Sequence record: SRR22947727_1620
Reading direction: 5' to 3' (one strand)
Length of the DNA stretch: 61,870 nucleotides
Shown in pieces: positions 36,981 to 47,311 of this stretch. A program made the translations under genes and the position numbers. Every line of letters begins with the position of its first letter. The stretch's first letter is position 1. The notes beneath the pieces were generated by a model, which saw only the letters and a list, made by a program, of their open reading frames with translations, was not told the origin of the DNA and searched no databases.

Positions 36981-37847
36981 ATGATAAAAGGAGTTAAAAT
37001 TATTGAATGCCCTAGAGATGCCATGCAAGGGATCAAGACTTTTATTCCGACCAATCAGAAAATTATTTATTTACAGTCTCTATTAAATTGTGGTTTTGAC
37101 ACCTTAGATTTTGGCAGTTTTGTGTCTCCTAAAGCCATTCCTCAAATGTCAGATACTGCCGCTGTTTTGTCTGGTTTAGATTTAGAAAATACCCCTACTA
37201 AGTTACTGTCCATTGTGGCTAATTTACGTGGGGCAGAAGCGGCTTGTTCTCATGATGAAATCTCATATTTGGGTTTTCCATTTTCGATTTCTGAGAATTT
37301 TCAAATGAGAAATACACATACAACAATCACCGAGGCTATTAAGGTTTTGCAATCTATTTTAGATTTAGCCCGTAAAAAAGATAAAAAAGTCGTTGTTTAC
37401 CTTTCTATGGGTTTTGGAAATCCCTACGGAGACCCTTGGAGTACAGAAATAGTGGCCAATTGGGTGTCTAAACTTTCGGCTTTGGGGGTGGAAATTCTCT
37501 CCCTCTCAGATACAGTTGGTAGTGCCCAACCACAAGATATTTCTGCGCTTTACCGTCATTTAATCCCCGCATATCCATCTATTGAATTTGGGGCTCATTT
37601 TCATACCAAAGCTGCGGAATGGTATGAAAAAGTTCATGCAGCCTTTGGGTCGGGTTGTCTTCGTTTTGACGGAGCTATTCAAGGTTTTGGTGGCTGCCCA
37701 ATGGCAGCCGATGCCTTAACTGGAAACATGCCAACAGAAAAGCTACTTTCTTACTTTACCAGTAAAAAAGTAGCCCATGGTGTAAAATGGATGGCCTTTG
37801 AAGCGGCGCACAATAAAGCCACCGCTTTATTCAATGCATACCATTGA
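36981..37847 (+). CDS. Hydroxymethylglutaryl-CoA lyase family protein
   Basis: ECPRDAMQG, SFVSPKAIPQM, SLSDTVG, AHFH, GFGGCP, GNMPTE. Confidence 0.88.
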   Translation: MIKGVKIIECPRDAMQGIKTFIPTNQKIIYLQSLLNCGFDTLDFGSFVSPKAIPQMSDTAAVLSGLDLENTPTKLLSIVANLRGAEAACSHDEISYLGFPFSISENFQMRNTHTTITEAIKVLQSILDLARKKDKKVVVYLSMGFGNPYGDPWSTEIVANWVSKLSALGVEILSLSDTVGSAQPQDISALYRHLIPAYPSIEFGAHFHTKAAEWYEKVHAAFGSGCLRFDGAIQGFGGCPMAADALTGNMPTEKLLSYFTSKKVAHGVKWMAFEAAHNKATALFNAYH

Positions 37848-37894
37848 ATTTAATGCCATCTGCTTCCTTTTAACAAGTTTTGCTCCTGTTATTT

Positions 37895-40114
37895 TTACAA
37901 GCTGTATCTGAATCCTATATTAATTCCGAAAGGGTGGCCAGGTCTTAATCCGTGTGGTAATCTAGAGACCGCATAAGTACTATTTAAGGCATTGACCAAG
38001 TTGGTTTGAATCCTCAAACGATGGTTCACTTGAAAATTTACACTAGCATCTAATATTGTATTGGCTTTAACACTATTTAAAGGATCTAAATCACCTTGAC
38101 CAGCAATGGTTCTTACAGCACCCATATGCCTAAGTTGGGTGTTGAATTGCCATTTTTTTATTTCGTACCCAAGGCTTAAATGCCATTGATTTCTTGCAAT
38201 GTATGGCATTTCATCTCCAATATTTACGTCACCCCATAAACCACTACTCGCGTCAAAGCTATTTTGAAATTCAGTGTCTGTGAAAGTATATCCAAATGTT
38301 AGCGGAAGGCTAGATTGGTTGTTGAAGCGAACTAAATCTAAATTAATAAGAAATTCAATTCCTTGAACCAATACTTCTCCAGCATTAAACAGGTCGAGAT
38401 TTCCTGTACCTCCACTTGCTGCAAAATCACTCCCTAGTAGGTTGCTGTAATCATTTCTGTATCCTATGAGTTCTGCATTAATACCTGCATAGCTAAATCT
38501 AGCCCCCAGTTCCGTATTAATACTTTCTTCTGCTTTCTGACCTTCAATAGATCCAGGAGGGGCAAATCCCTTGTGTACTCCACCAAAAATTGAAACCTGA
38601 TCTAGTTTGTAGTTAAAACCAACACCGGGAATCCATACCCCCAAACTATTGGATCTTTCTGAAAGATCTGATCCGTTTCTTTGCGTATCATTTTTTCCAT
38701 AGTCTGTCCTAGAAAGCGTCATGTTCTCATACCTCACTCCGGGGGTAAGGGTCAGGTTTTTATAGGTGTATTTGTAAAATGCATAGGCAGCAAAAGCATT
38801 GGCGTCACTCACTCTATTTGCGTCTGTACCTCGTGTGCCGGTCTTGGCTAAAATCATTGCGCCATTTTCCATACTATAGTCATTGAGCCATTGAAACCTG
38901 TCTTCTTGATCTTCATGGAGTCTTACGCCAATTTCGAGATCGTGGTAGGCTTGTTCTCCATCCCAATGAACGTCTAATTTAGTTTGAACACCCCTCGACA
39001 AATAGGACCTATTATTTGCTTTTATAAATAAATCAGCTTCTTTAGAGTCTTGAGCGCCAATAATTCGCTCATATGCTTCAGGATATTCAGAAGGATTGGT
39101 TAAAATATCCGTAAGGGACATTTTATTATTATCAATCTCAAGGTAGTCTAATTTATACCAGTTTCTGGCAAACTCATTTTGGTATGCAGTGGTAGTCAGC
39201 GATAAATAATCAGAAAATTTGAGGGTGTGGGTAAGCATATATTGCCTGTGTAGGGTATTCATTTGGTCTTTTTCAGAGGCAGTATAACGCTGAAAAGCGT
39301 CTTTTGAAAAATCTTCCTCAGTTAATCCTAAGTAAGTTTCATTGGAAGTTTCATCCGAGTATTGGTATTTGAATTCTAAGGATTGATTTACGTTAAATAA
39401 AACGTCACTGTATTTAATTTTACCTACAAAATCTTGTTTGTCAAAACCAGTATTTCCGCCATTAGGCAGTGTTTTAAATCCATCAGAGTCATATCTGGTG
39501 TAGTCTGCCAAGTACCCCCATTTTCCTTTAGTGGCGCCATGACTTAAATTAAATAGGGAAGAATTAAAAGCACCGTATTGCGCTAAAAGTTGGGTGCTAT
39601 TGTCTTGAGGAATGACTTTAGATACTAAGTTTATAGCACCTCCAGTAGTATAAGGACCGTATTGTATTTGGCTGCTGCCTTTGAGAATTTCCACTGCTTG
39701 CATTCGGGCAATGGTTGGGAAATAATAGGCTGCAGAAGCACTATAAGGTGCGGGAGCAATTAATACCCCGTCTTCCATTAGCGTAATTTTTGCGGAACGT
39801 TCAGGAGAAGTACCCCTCAAACTAATATTAGGTCTTAATCCCATACCATCTTCTTCATAAATAGAAACACCAGGTACAGATCTCAAGGTCCTATTGATGT
39901 CTGTTATATTAAATTTTTGCAATTCTTCTTGGTCCATATAATATGCGGCACCAGTTCTATTTTTAGCCCTAAACTTACTGCCAAATAATTGGTGTGCAGA
40001 CACCACAACTTCTGAGAGTACCTGAGTACTGTCCTTTTTCGCGGTTTCATTTTCCTGTCCTAGAGAGATATTAGATACTAGTAAAGTGAGTGAAAATGCA
40101 AATAACTTATTCAT
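37895..40114 (-). CDS. TonB-dependent receptor (FecA-like, probably iron uptake)
   Basis: Signal peptide; TonB-box-like LSEVVVSA; plug motifs PGV..EEDG.GLRPNISLRG, VEILKG, GGAINL; C-terminal beta-strand. Confidence 0.92.
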   Translation of the reverse strand: MNKLFAFSLTLLVSNISLGQENETAKKDSTQVLSEVVVSAHQLFGSKFRAKNRTGAAYYMDQEELQKFNITDINRTLRSVPGVSIYEEDGMGLRPNISLRGTSPERSAKITLMEDGVLIAPAPYSASAAYYFPTIARMQAVEILKGSSQIQYGPYTTGGAINLVSKVIPQDNSTQLLAQYGAFNSSLFNLSHGATKGKWGYLADYTRYDSDGFKTLPNGGNTGFDKQDFVGKIKYSDVLFNVNQSLEFKYQYSDETSNETYLGLTEEDFSKDAFQRYTASEKDQMNTLHRQYMLTHTLKFSDYLSLTTTAYQNEFARNWYKLDYLEIDNNKMSLTDILTNPSEYPEAYERIIGAQDSKEADLFIKANNRSYLSRGVQTKLDVHWDGEQAYHDLEIGVRLHEDQEDRFQWLNDYSMENGAMILAKTGTRGTDANRVSDANAFAAYAFYKYTYKNLTLTPGVRYENMTLSRTDYGKNDTQRNGSDLSERSNSLGVWIPGVGFNYKLDQVSIFGGVHKGFAPPGSIEGQKAEESINTELGARFSYAGINAELIGYRNDYSNLLGSDFAASGGTGNLDLFNAGEVLVQGIEFLINLDLVRFNNQSSLPLTFGYTFTDTEFQNSFDASSGLWGDVNIGDEMPYIARNQWHLSLGYEIKKWQFNTQLRHMGAVRTIAGQGDLDPLNSVKANTILDASVNFQVNHRLRIQTNLVNALNSTYAVSRLPHGLRPGHPFGINIGFRYSL

Positions 40115-40120
40115 TTGTTC

Positions 40121-40204
40121 TTATTTAGACTTATTAAAAATAACATTGTAAATATAATACTGAAATTTAAATTCACAAAGCTTATTTAGAATAAATAAAA
40201 ATAA
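40121..40204. promoter_or_regulatory. Two Fur-like boxes flanking the TonB-receptor promoter
   Basis: TTATTTAGACTTATTAAAAATAA (40121-40143) and TTATTTAGAATAAATAAAAATAA (40182-40204); minus-strand -7 TATATTTA (40149-40156) and -33 TTTG (40176-40179) lie between them. Confidence 0.7.
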
Positions 40205-40347
40205 AATAATGTTAAAATTCTACCGATTCAAGCTATTTATGGCCTCCTTTTTTATAAAGGATTTACGGACAGCTTTTTAAATCCAAACAAAGCATCGTTT
40301 TTTCGAATAAATACGGTATATTTGCACGCAATTAAACTTTAATTGCT

Positions 40348-41820
40348 ATGCAAGCACATCTTGACAAAATTGTAGGAGAAGGTCTCACTTATGACGACGT
40401 ACTCTTAATCCCAGCCTTTTCAGAAGTACTTCCAAGAGAAGTTAATATTCAAGCGAAGTTTACAAGAAACATTACGATCAATGTTCCTATTGTATCTGCT
40501 GCTATGGATACTGTAACCGAATCTCGTATGGCTATTGCCATGGCTCGAGAAGGAGGAATAGGGGTGCTGCATAAAAACATGTCTATTGAAGCGCAGGCTT
40601 TGAAGGTTAGAAAAGTAAAGCGTGCAGAGAGTGGAATGATTATAGATCCTGTGACTTTACCATTAACCGCTACGGTAAAAGATGCTAAAGACAATATGAG
40701 AGAGTTTAGTATTGGAGGGATTCCAATTGTAGACAAGGACCATAAACTTTTAGGCATTGTGACCAATAGAGACTTACGTTTTGAGAAAAATAATGCCAGG
40801 CCTATTTCAGAGGTCATGACCTCTGGTGAATTAGTGACAGTAGCAGAAGGTACCTCTCTGGCTCAGGCAGAAGATATTTTACAGCAAAATAAAATAGAAA
40901 AATTGCCTGTCATTAATAAAGACAATAAGTTAGTAGGGCTAATCACATTCCGTGATATAACCAAGCTTACTCAAAAACCTATTGCCAATAAGGATTCGTA
41001 TGGTAGACTCAGGGTTGCAGCGGCACTTGGTGTAACTGCAGACGCGGTAGATCGTGCAGCAGCACTGGTCAAGGCAGGAGTAGACGCAGTTGTTATAGAC
41101 ACAGCTCATGGACACACCCAAGGCGTGGTAAATGTACTTAAGGCGGTAAAAGCCTCATTCCCAAATTTGGAGGTTATTGTAGGTAATATAGCTACTGGAG
41201 AAGCGGCTAAATTTTTAGTAGCAGCTGGTGCAGACGCAGTTAAAGTGGGTATAGGACCTGGATCAATATGTACTACAAGGGTAGTGGCAGGGGTTGGTTT
41301 TCCGCAATTCTCAGCAGTTTTAGAAGTAGCTGCTGCTATAAAAGGCAGTGGCGTTCCAGTGATAGCAGATGGTGGAATTAGATATACAGGAGACATTCCT
41401 AAGGCAATAGCAGCTGGCGCAGATACTGTGATGTTAGGCTCTTTGCTTGCTGGGACTAAGGAATCTCCAGGAGAAACAATCATTTATGAGGGTAGAAAAT
41501 TCAAGTCTTACCGTGGAATGGGCTCTGTAGAAGCCATGAAACAAGGGAGTAAAGACAGGTATTTTCAAGATGTAGAAGACGACATTAAGAAACTGGTTCC
41601 TGAGGGGATTGTAGGAAGAGTACCTTATAAGGGAGAACTTTTTGAGAGCATCCACCAATTTGTTGGTGGGCTTAGAGCAGGAATGGGTTATTGCGGTGCA
41701 AAGGATATTGAAAGCCTTAAAGCGCACGCTAAGTTTGTTAAAATTACTGCTAGTGGTATAAATGAAAGCCATCCTCACGATGTGACCATTACTAAAGAAT
41801 CCCCAAATTACAGCAGGTAG
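40348..41820 (+). CDS. guaB: IMP dehydrogenase
   Basis: [20 protein letters not shown] pair, [21 protein letters not shown]. Confidence 0.97.
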   Translation: MQAHLDKIVGEGLTYDDVLLIPAFSEVLPREVNIQAKFTRNITINVPIVSAAMDTVTESRMAIAMAREGGIGVLHKNMSIEAQALKVRKVKRAESGMIIDPVTLPLTATVKDAKDNMREFSIGGIPIVDKDHKLLGIVTNRDLRFEKNNARPISEVMTSGELVTVAEGTSLAQAEDILQQNKIEKLPVINKDNKLVGLITFRDITKLTQKPIANKDSYGRLRVAAALGVTADAVDRAAALVKAGVDAVVIDTAHGHTQGVVNVLKAVKASFPNLEVIVGNIATGEAAKFLVAAGADAVKVGIGPGSICTTRVVAGVGFPQFSAVLEVAAAIKGSGVPVIADGGIRYTGDIPKAIAAGADTVMLGSLLAGTKESPGETIIYEGRKFKSYRGMGSVEAMKQGSKDRYFQDVEDDIKKLVPEGIVGRVPYKGELFESIHQFVGGLRAGMGYCGAKDIESLKAHAKFVKITASGINESHPHDVTITKESPNYSR

Positions 41821-41837
41821 GTTTCAATATATTTAAT

Positions 41838-41867
41838 AAAAAAAGCGCCACTAAGGCGCTTTTTTTT
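41838..41867. terminator. Bidirectional intrinsic terminator
   Basis: A-run + GCGCC-ACTAA-GGCGC + T-run between convergent genes. Confidence 0.8.
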
Positions 41868-42402
41868 ATTTAGAATATTCTTCCCATTTGGTGGTTTTAT
41901 AAATATCATCACCAAAATAAGTGGCTATTTTTAAGAAGGGCTCAGGGGTGAGATAACCCGGAACGGGACTTAACATATTCATATTTTCATCTAAATACAC
42001 CACAGTGGGGTAACTCAATTGCCCTTGAAGTAAGTTAGCAGCCAATTCATGGTAGCCATTCCTTCCAGAAGCTACAAAAGAAAAAACCTGGTCTCTAAAT
42101 GCAATGGGTTCTTTTCCTTCTCCATCTAGTTTCACCATATAAAAGTGTTGTTTCATATAGGCGGCTACTTCTGGATCTTGAAAAGTATTTTCATCCATTT
42201 TTTTGCACCACCCACACCAATCGGTATAAACATCTATAAAAATTTTTTTAGAATTGCCTTCTTGCGCTTGAAGCGCAACGGCTTCTTCAAAACCCAACCA
42301 ATTGATTGGATTGTTTTCTTGTGCAAATACGCTTTGTGCACTTCCTAAAATGATTAGGAGGCCTATTATTTTATTTGAAAATTTAACTAGAAATTTAAAC
42401 AT
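41866..42402 (-). CDS. Exported thioredoxin-fold protein
   Basis: Signal peptide; YTDWCGWCKKM CxxC; cis-Pro SYPT. Confidence 0.88.
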   Translation of the reverse strand: MFKFLVKFSNKIIGLLIILGSAQSVFAQENNPINWLGFEEAVALQAQEGNSKKIFIDVYTDWCGWCKKMDENTFQDPEVAAYMKQHFYMVKLDGEGKEPIAFRDQVFSFVASGRNGYHELAANLLQGQLSYPTVVYLDENMNMLSPVPGYLTPEPFLKIATYFGDDIYKTTKWEEYSK

Positions 42403-42490
42403 GAATAAAAGTAGCTAATTTTTCAAATATATTTCACTTAAACCAACCAAAGACTGAAGTGAAACCAATAGGGAGTTTAAAAAAGCGCTA

Positions 42491-43735
42491 TTAATTAGGT
42501 TGCAATACCTCATTGACCTTTTGTGAGAATAAGTCTTTTACGTCAATTTGGTTTCGCATAATATCTTCCATGGTTTCTGCTGCTCTAATTAGATGCGCCT
42601 CACCCATATACCATAAAACTTCTGCAGGTCTAAATCTAGAGTTGTAGTTGCTCGCCATGGTAAAACAATAGGCCCCTGCGTTTTTGAAGCAAAGGATATC
42701 TCCTTCCGTAATTTCAGCAATTTTGCGATTGGTTGCGAAGGTGTCTGTTTCACAGATATAGCCTACCACAGAATAGAAACGCTCTCTGCCGCTTGGATTA
42801 GATATATTATTAATGCCATGGGTGGATCCATACAGCATTGGTCTGATTAGGTGGTTAAAACCACTGTCAATACTGGCAAATACGGTAGAGGTAGTTTGCT
42901 TTACTACATTCACCTTTGCCAAGAAACTACCTGCTTCACTGACAAGAAATTTGCCTGGTTCAAAAGCCAGGGTGAGTGGCTTACCATATTGCTCACAAAA
43001 ATCATTGAACCTTTTAGAGAGCTTGTCTCCTAATTCTTCAATATTTGTTTCAATATCATCCTCTTTGTAAGGTACCTTAAAACCGCTACCAAAATCAATA
43101 AAGTCTAGATTTTTAAAATTTTTAGCTGTTTCAAATAAAATTTCTGAAGCGTATAAAAACACCTCAATATCTAAAATATCACTACCGGTATGCATGTGAA
43201 TACCATTGATATTCATTTTAGTGAGTGTTGTTATTCTGAGAATGTGTGGAATTTGGTGAATACTAATACCGAATTTTGAATCGATATGTCCTACTGAAAT
43301 ATTGGCATTGCCTCCAGCCATTACATGTGGATTAATTCGAATACATACAGGAATCTCTGGGTGTTTGTTTCCAAACTGCTCCAAAAGCGAAAGGTTGTCT
43401 ATGTTAATTCTAACCCCAAGCGAAGCTGCGGTTTCTAATTCTTCTAAAGAGACTCCGTTAGGGGTAAAAATAATATCAGAAGGTTTAAAACCTGCTTTTA
43501 AGCCCAATTGCACTTCTTGAATAGAGACGGTATCTAAACCACTTCCCAAACTATTCATAAGTCTCAGTATGCTAATATTAGACAGTGCCTTTGCGGCATA
43601 GTTAAGTTTCAATTTTGAAACCCCACTGAATGCATTAGTCAATCTATTGTATTGACTTTTAATTTTTTCTGCATCATAAACATATACTGGAGCGCCAAAT
43701 TCTTTTGCTACACCTAATAAATCTTCTTGGGTCAT
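42491..43735 (-). CDS. lysA: Diaminopimelate decarboxylase
   Basis: PVYVYD, YAAKALSN (PLP lysine), SKFGI, HMHTGS, EPGKFLV, GYICETD, SNYN; start at MTQEDLL. Confidence 0.95.
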   Translation of the reverse strand: MTQEDLLGVAKEFGAPVYVYDAEKIKSQYNRLTNAFSGVSKLKLNYAAKALSNISILRLMNSLGSGLDTVSIQEVQLGLKAGFKPSDIIFTPNGVSLEELETAASLGVRINIDNLSLLEQFGNKHPEIPVCIRINPHVMAGGNANISVGHIDSKFGISIHQIPHILRITTLTKMNINGIHMHTGSDILDIEVFLYASEILFETAKNFKNLDFIDFGSGFKVPYKEDDIETNIEELGDKLSKRFNDFCEQYGKPLTLAFEPGKFLVSEAGSFLAKVNVVKQTTSTVFASIDSGFNHLIRPMLYGSTHGINNISNPSGRERFYSVVGYICETDTFATNRKIAEITEGDILCFKNAGAYCFTMASNYNSRFRPAEVLWYMGEAHLIRAAETMEDIMRNQIDVKDLFSQKVNEVLQPN

Positions 43736-43936
43736 ACTGAGTATTTTAATCAAATGTAGCAATAAGGCATAATATGCACAATATTTAACCAGCAAAAAAA
43801 GCATTTTAAAACATAATGTTATATTTACAACAAATTGAAAAAAAAGATTCTTCAATTTATTACATTCTGATGCACCAATTATTAGGCGCTTTGGTGGTTG
43901 TTTGCTATTTTTGTATCCGAATTTTAATAGAACACT

Positions 43937-45133
43937 ATGAACCTTCACGAATATCAAGGAAAAGAGATTTTAGCCAGTTTTGGCGTTCGCATCCAACGTG
44001 GGATGGTGGCACAAAACCCAGAAGAAGCAGTAGCAGCTGCCAAGCAACTTACAGAAGAAACTGGTACCAGTTGGTTTGTAATTAAAGCACAGGTGCACGC
44101 AGGTGGACGTGGAAAAGGTGGGGGTGTTAAATTGGCCAAAAATTTAGAAGAGGTAGCCTCCATTTCTGATGCAATTATTGGAATGGATTTGGTTACGCCT
44201 CAAACTTCTGCAGCTGGTAAAAGAGTGCACCAAGTTTTGGTAGCTGAAGATGTTTACTATCCTGGAGAGAGTGAGACGTCTGAATTTTATATGTCTGTTT
44301 TGTTAGACAGGGCTTCTGGTAGAAATATGATCATGTATTCTACAGAAGGTGGAATGGATATTGAAGAGGTTGCGGAGCATACCCCTCATTTAATTTTCAC
44401 AGAAACGATAAGTCCTGCGGTGGGTATTATGCCATTCCAAGCAAGAAAAATCGCGTTTAATTTAGGTCTTTCAGGAAATGCATTCAAAGAAATGACAAAA
44501 TTTGTAATGTCTTTATACAAAGCTTACGAGGAGTCAGATGCTAGTTTGTTTGAAATAAACCCAGTTTTAAAAACAACTGATGATAAAATATTGGCGGTAG
44601 ATGCTAAAGTTTCTATAGATGACAATGCCTTATACAGAAGAAAGGTATATGCAGATATGAGAGACCTTAGAGAGGAAAACGCTATTGAAGTAGAAGCCAA
44701 CGCTGTTGGATTAAACTATGTAGATTTAGATGGTAATGTGGGTTGTATGGTAAACGGAGCTGGTCTGGCTATGGCTACCATGGATCTCATTAAAATGGCC
44801 GGTGGAGAACCAGCTAACTTTTTAGATGTTGGAGGTACTGCAGACGCAAAACGTGTAGAAGAGGCTTTCAGAATTATCCTAAAAGACCCTAATGTGAAAG
44901 CAATCTTAATTAACATCTTTGGTGGTATTGTTCGTTGCGACAGGGTAGCACAAGGTGTTGTAGACGCTTATAAGAATATGGGAGACGCTATAAAAGTGCC
45001 TATCATTGTTCGTTTGCAAGGGACTAATGCTGAATTGGCAAAAGAGATTTTAGACAACTCTGGATTGGCAGTTAAATCTGCTGTTCAATTCCAAGAGGCC
45101 GCAGATAAAGTAAAAGAAGTATTGGCATTATAA
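43937..45133 (+). CDS. sucC: Succinyl-CoA ligase beta subunit
   Basis: [53 protein letters not shown]. Confidence 0.97.
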   Translation: MNLHEYQGKEILASFGVRIQRGMVAQNPEEAVAAAKQLTEETGTSWFVIKAQVHAGGRGKGGGVKLAKNLEEVASISDAIIGMDLVTPQTSAAGKRVHQVLVAEDVYYPGESETSEFYMSVLLDRASGRNMIMYSTEGGMDIEEVAEHTPHLIFTETISPAVGIMPFQARKIAFNLGLSGNAFKEMTKFVMSLYKAYEESDASLFEINPVLKTTDDKILAVDAKVSIDDNALYRRKVYADMRDLREENAIEVEANAVGLNYVDLDGNVGCMVNGAGLAMATMDLIKMAGGEPANFLDVGGTADAKRVEEAFRIILKDPNVKAILINIFGGIVRCDRVAQGVVDAYKNMGDAIKVPIIVRLQGTNAELAKEILDNSGLAVKSAVQFQEAADKVKEVLAL

Positions 45134-45150
45134 TTGGCCTTATCTTATTT

Positions 45151-45188
45151 AAAAAAAAATCCTGAGTCTTGACTCAGGATTTTTTTTT
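45151..45188. terminator. Bidirectional terminator overlapping the DUF1456 stop codon
   Basis: A-run + TCCTGAGTC-TT-GACTCAGGA + T-run. Confidence 0.8.
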
Positions 45189-45644
45189 GTTTTTATAGGC
45201 CACAAAACTCAAATCTGGTGGGCTTTTTGGCCCTTTTTTGAATGGTTTTTTTGACCCGTCCTTAAAGCTTGCTTTTTTCTTGTAGGTTGTTTGGTCCAAT
45301 CTATTCTTAGGAGGGGTGTTTTTTAAAGAAACGTTATCTGTTTTTTGTTGTGTTGTTGCATTGGCCGTTTTGGCTTTGGCCATAACAGGTTTGTGTACTA
45401 ATGCGTCTGCAGGTTTTTTAGGCGCTTCCTTGGTTCCTCTTGTGTATATAATTAAACCATTCAAAAAATTTCTCAATATCTGGTCACCACATTCCATATA
45501 CTTAGGGTGGTCTTCAGTTCTAAAAAAAGCGCCTAATTCGCTGGTACTTATTTTGAAATCTACCAAACTCATGATGGCTTCAATATCTGTGTCTCTGAGC
45601 ATGAGCGCTACACGTAATTTTTTTAAAATATCATTATTAGTCAT
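45174..45644 (-). CDS. DUF1456 family protein with Lys-rich tail
   Basis: MTNNDILKKLRVAL, ECGDQILRNFLNGLI. Confidence 0.85.
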   Translation of the reverse strand: MTNNDILKKLRVALMLRDTDIEAIMSLVDFKISTSELGAFFRTEDHPKYMECGDQILRNFLNGLIIYTRGTKEAPKKPADALVHKPVMAKAKTANATTQQKTDNVSLKNTPPKNRLDQTTYKKKASFKDGSKKPFKKGPKSPPDLSFVAYKNKKKS

Positions 45645-45708
45645 AAAATTGATCTTAAATGGACCTTTGAAATAAGGATTCAAAGACTTTGCAAAGGTAA
45701 GTAATATA

Positions 45709-47226
45709 TTAGGACCCTTCTATACCCGTATTTAGAATAGACAAACAAGTCATAATGCCTTCTAAATAGTTCCCAATTTTAATATTTTCATTGGGACTGT
45801 GGATGTTGTTATCTGGATTGGGAATTCTAATGGATACTGCAGGAATATTAAGGGTGCTAATAAATGGCGCAATCGGTTGTGATCCTCCGGTAGTGCGCAT
45901 GAGAATAAATTCATCTCCAAAAATTTTCTTCATGGATTTAGATAATAGGTCTGCTATAGCACCATCCATTGGTGTCCTAAAAGGTTTTGATCCAAGCTTA
46001 TAAGTGAAATTAGCTAGTTTGGGGTATAAGGCTCTTTGTTGATCGGTGGGTAGACTGTCTACTAGGAAATAACCTTCCTCTTGAATGTGCTTTTTTAGTG
46101 ATTCCATCAGGGTTTTACCGTCAGATTCAGGAACGAGTCTCATGTCTATTTCTACAATGACCTCAGAGGGAATAATAGTTCTCACTTGTGCTCCAACCCA
46201 TGCCGCTTTAATCCCTCTGATATTTAGACTTGGATATTGAAGTGCCTCCTGGTAGCCCGCACCAATAGCATCTCGTTTAGAAATACCCAGCCTTTTATTG
46301 GTTGCTATTTCATTTTCTTCAATTGCATTCAAGAATTCTTGGTCTTTATTAGAGATGTCTATACCATCATAAAACCCTTCTAAGGTTACTTTTCCTGAAG
46401 CATCTTTTAGTTGACCAATCACTTTGGCAGCATCAAATACAGGGTTTGGTGCATAATTCCCATATTGGCCACTGTGTAAAGGTACTTTTGGTCCAAAAAC
46501 CCGCCATTTTGCCGTCGCAATACCTCTGGCGCCAAAAGTGAGTGTTGGTTTATTGGAAAGGTGTCTTGCGCCATCCATAATAAATAAATAGTCTGCCTGT
46601 AACAAATCTTTATTATTAACAACCATTTCTGGGAGGGTTGGAGACCCCACTTCCTCTTGAAAGTCTAGTAGCACTTTAATGTTATATTTCAGGGCAATAC
46701 TTTTTTCATTTAGTATCTGAAATGCACTGATTAAGGACATTGCAGGCCCTTTAGAATCAGAGGCAGATCTGGCAAAAATATAAGACTCTTTGTCCCACTT
46801 TTTTTCTTTTAAATCAGTCAGCTCCCAAGCCCCAAATTTGTTTTTTTCTTTGAAGACGGCTATATAAGGATTCTCTTGATCCCACTGAGCGGAATCTACC
46901 GGTTGGCCGTCTATCTGAAGGTAGAAGAGTACTGTGGGTAAATTTGGCGCTAATTTTTTCTCTGCTAAAAGCACAGGAATTCCTTGTGAAATTATTTCTG
47001 TAACGGTAAATCCCAAATCTTCAAAAGTACTTTTAGACCAATTGAGGTTGTTTTGAATTTGTATTGGGTCTAGTCCATTGTTTGGAATGGATAAAAAATC
47101 ACTTAAGTTTTCAACTGCTTTTGCGCTGTAATCTTCGGTCCATTTTTCAATCTTTTTTTTTGAAATGTCTTGGGCAATGCAAAAAGAAGAGGCTATTAAG
47201 GACAATAAAAGCAGCTTGATTTTCAT
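45709..47226 (-). CDS. Secreted M20/M25/M40 family metallo-hydrolase
   Basis: Signal peptide; DGQPVD, ARSASDSKG, QEEVGS, LHSGQYGN, HSPNEN. Confidence 0.85.
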   Translation of the reverse strand: MKIKLLLLSLIASSFCIAQDISKKKIEKWTEDYSAKAVENLSDFLSIPNNGLDPIQIQNNLNWSKSTFEDLGFTVTEIISQGIPVLLAEKKLAPNLPTVLFYLQIDGQPVDSAQWDQENPYIAVFKEKNKFGAWELTDLKEKKWDKESYIFARSASDSKGPAMSLISAFQILNEKSIALKYNIKVLLDFQEEVGSPTLPEMVVNNKDLLQADYLFIMDGARHLSNKPTLTFGARGIATAKWRVFGPKVPLHSGQYGNYAPNPVFDAAKVIGQLKDASGKVTLEGFYDGIDISNKDQEFLNAIEENEIATNKRLGISKRDAIGAGYQEALQYPSLNIRGIKAAWVGAQVRTIIPSEVIVEIDMRLVPESDGKTLMESLKKHIQEEGYFLVDSLPTDQQRALYPKLANFTYKLGSKPFRTPMDGAIADLLSKSMKKIFGDEFILMRTTGGSQPIAPFISTLNIPAVSIRIPNPDNNIHSPNENIKIGNYLEGIMTCLSILNTGIEGS

Positions 47227-47311
47227 AGACTTGATGGTTTTGATTGCAATTAAAATATTCAAGCAGGAAAACAGGACCCCACTAATTAATAAAAGTAATA
47301 AATCTCTTTTA

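Noticed and set aside
43736-43957. 74-aa N-terminal extension of LysA, or a lysine riboswitch
   Set aside because: The extension spans the divergent promoter region and overlaps the sucC start; LysA similarity begins near MTQEDLL; no riboswitch-like stems seen.
43937-45133. sucC without adjacent sucD as a sign of gene loss
   Set aside because: Unlinked sucC and sucD are usual in Bacteroidota; absence from the window says nothing about the genome.
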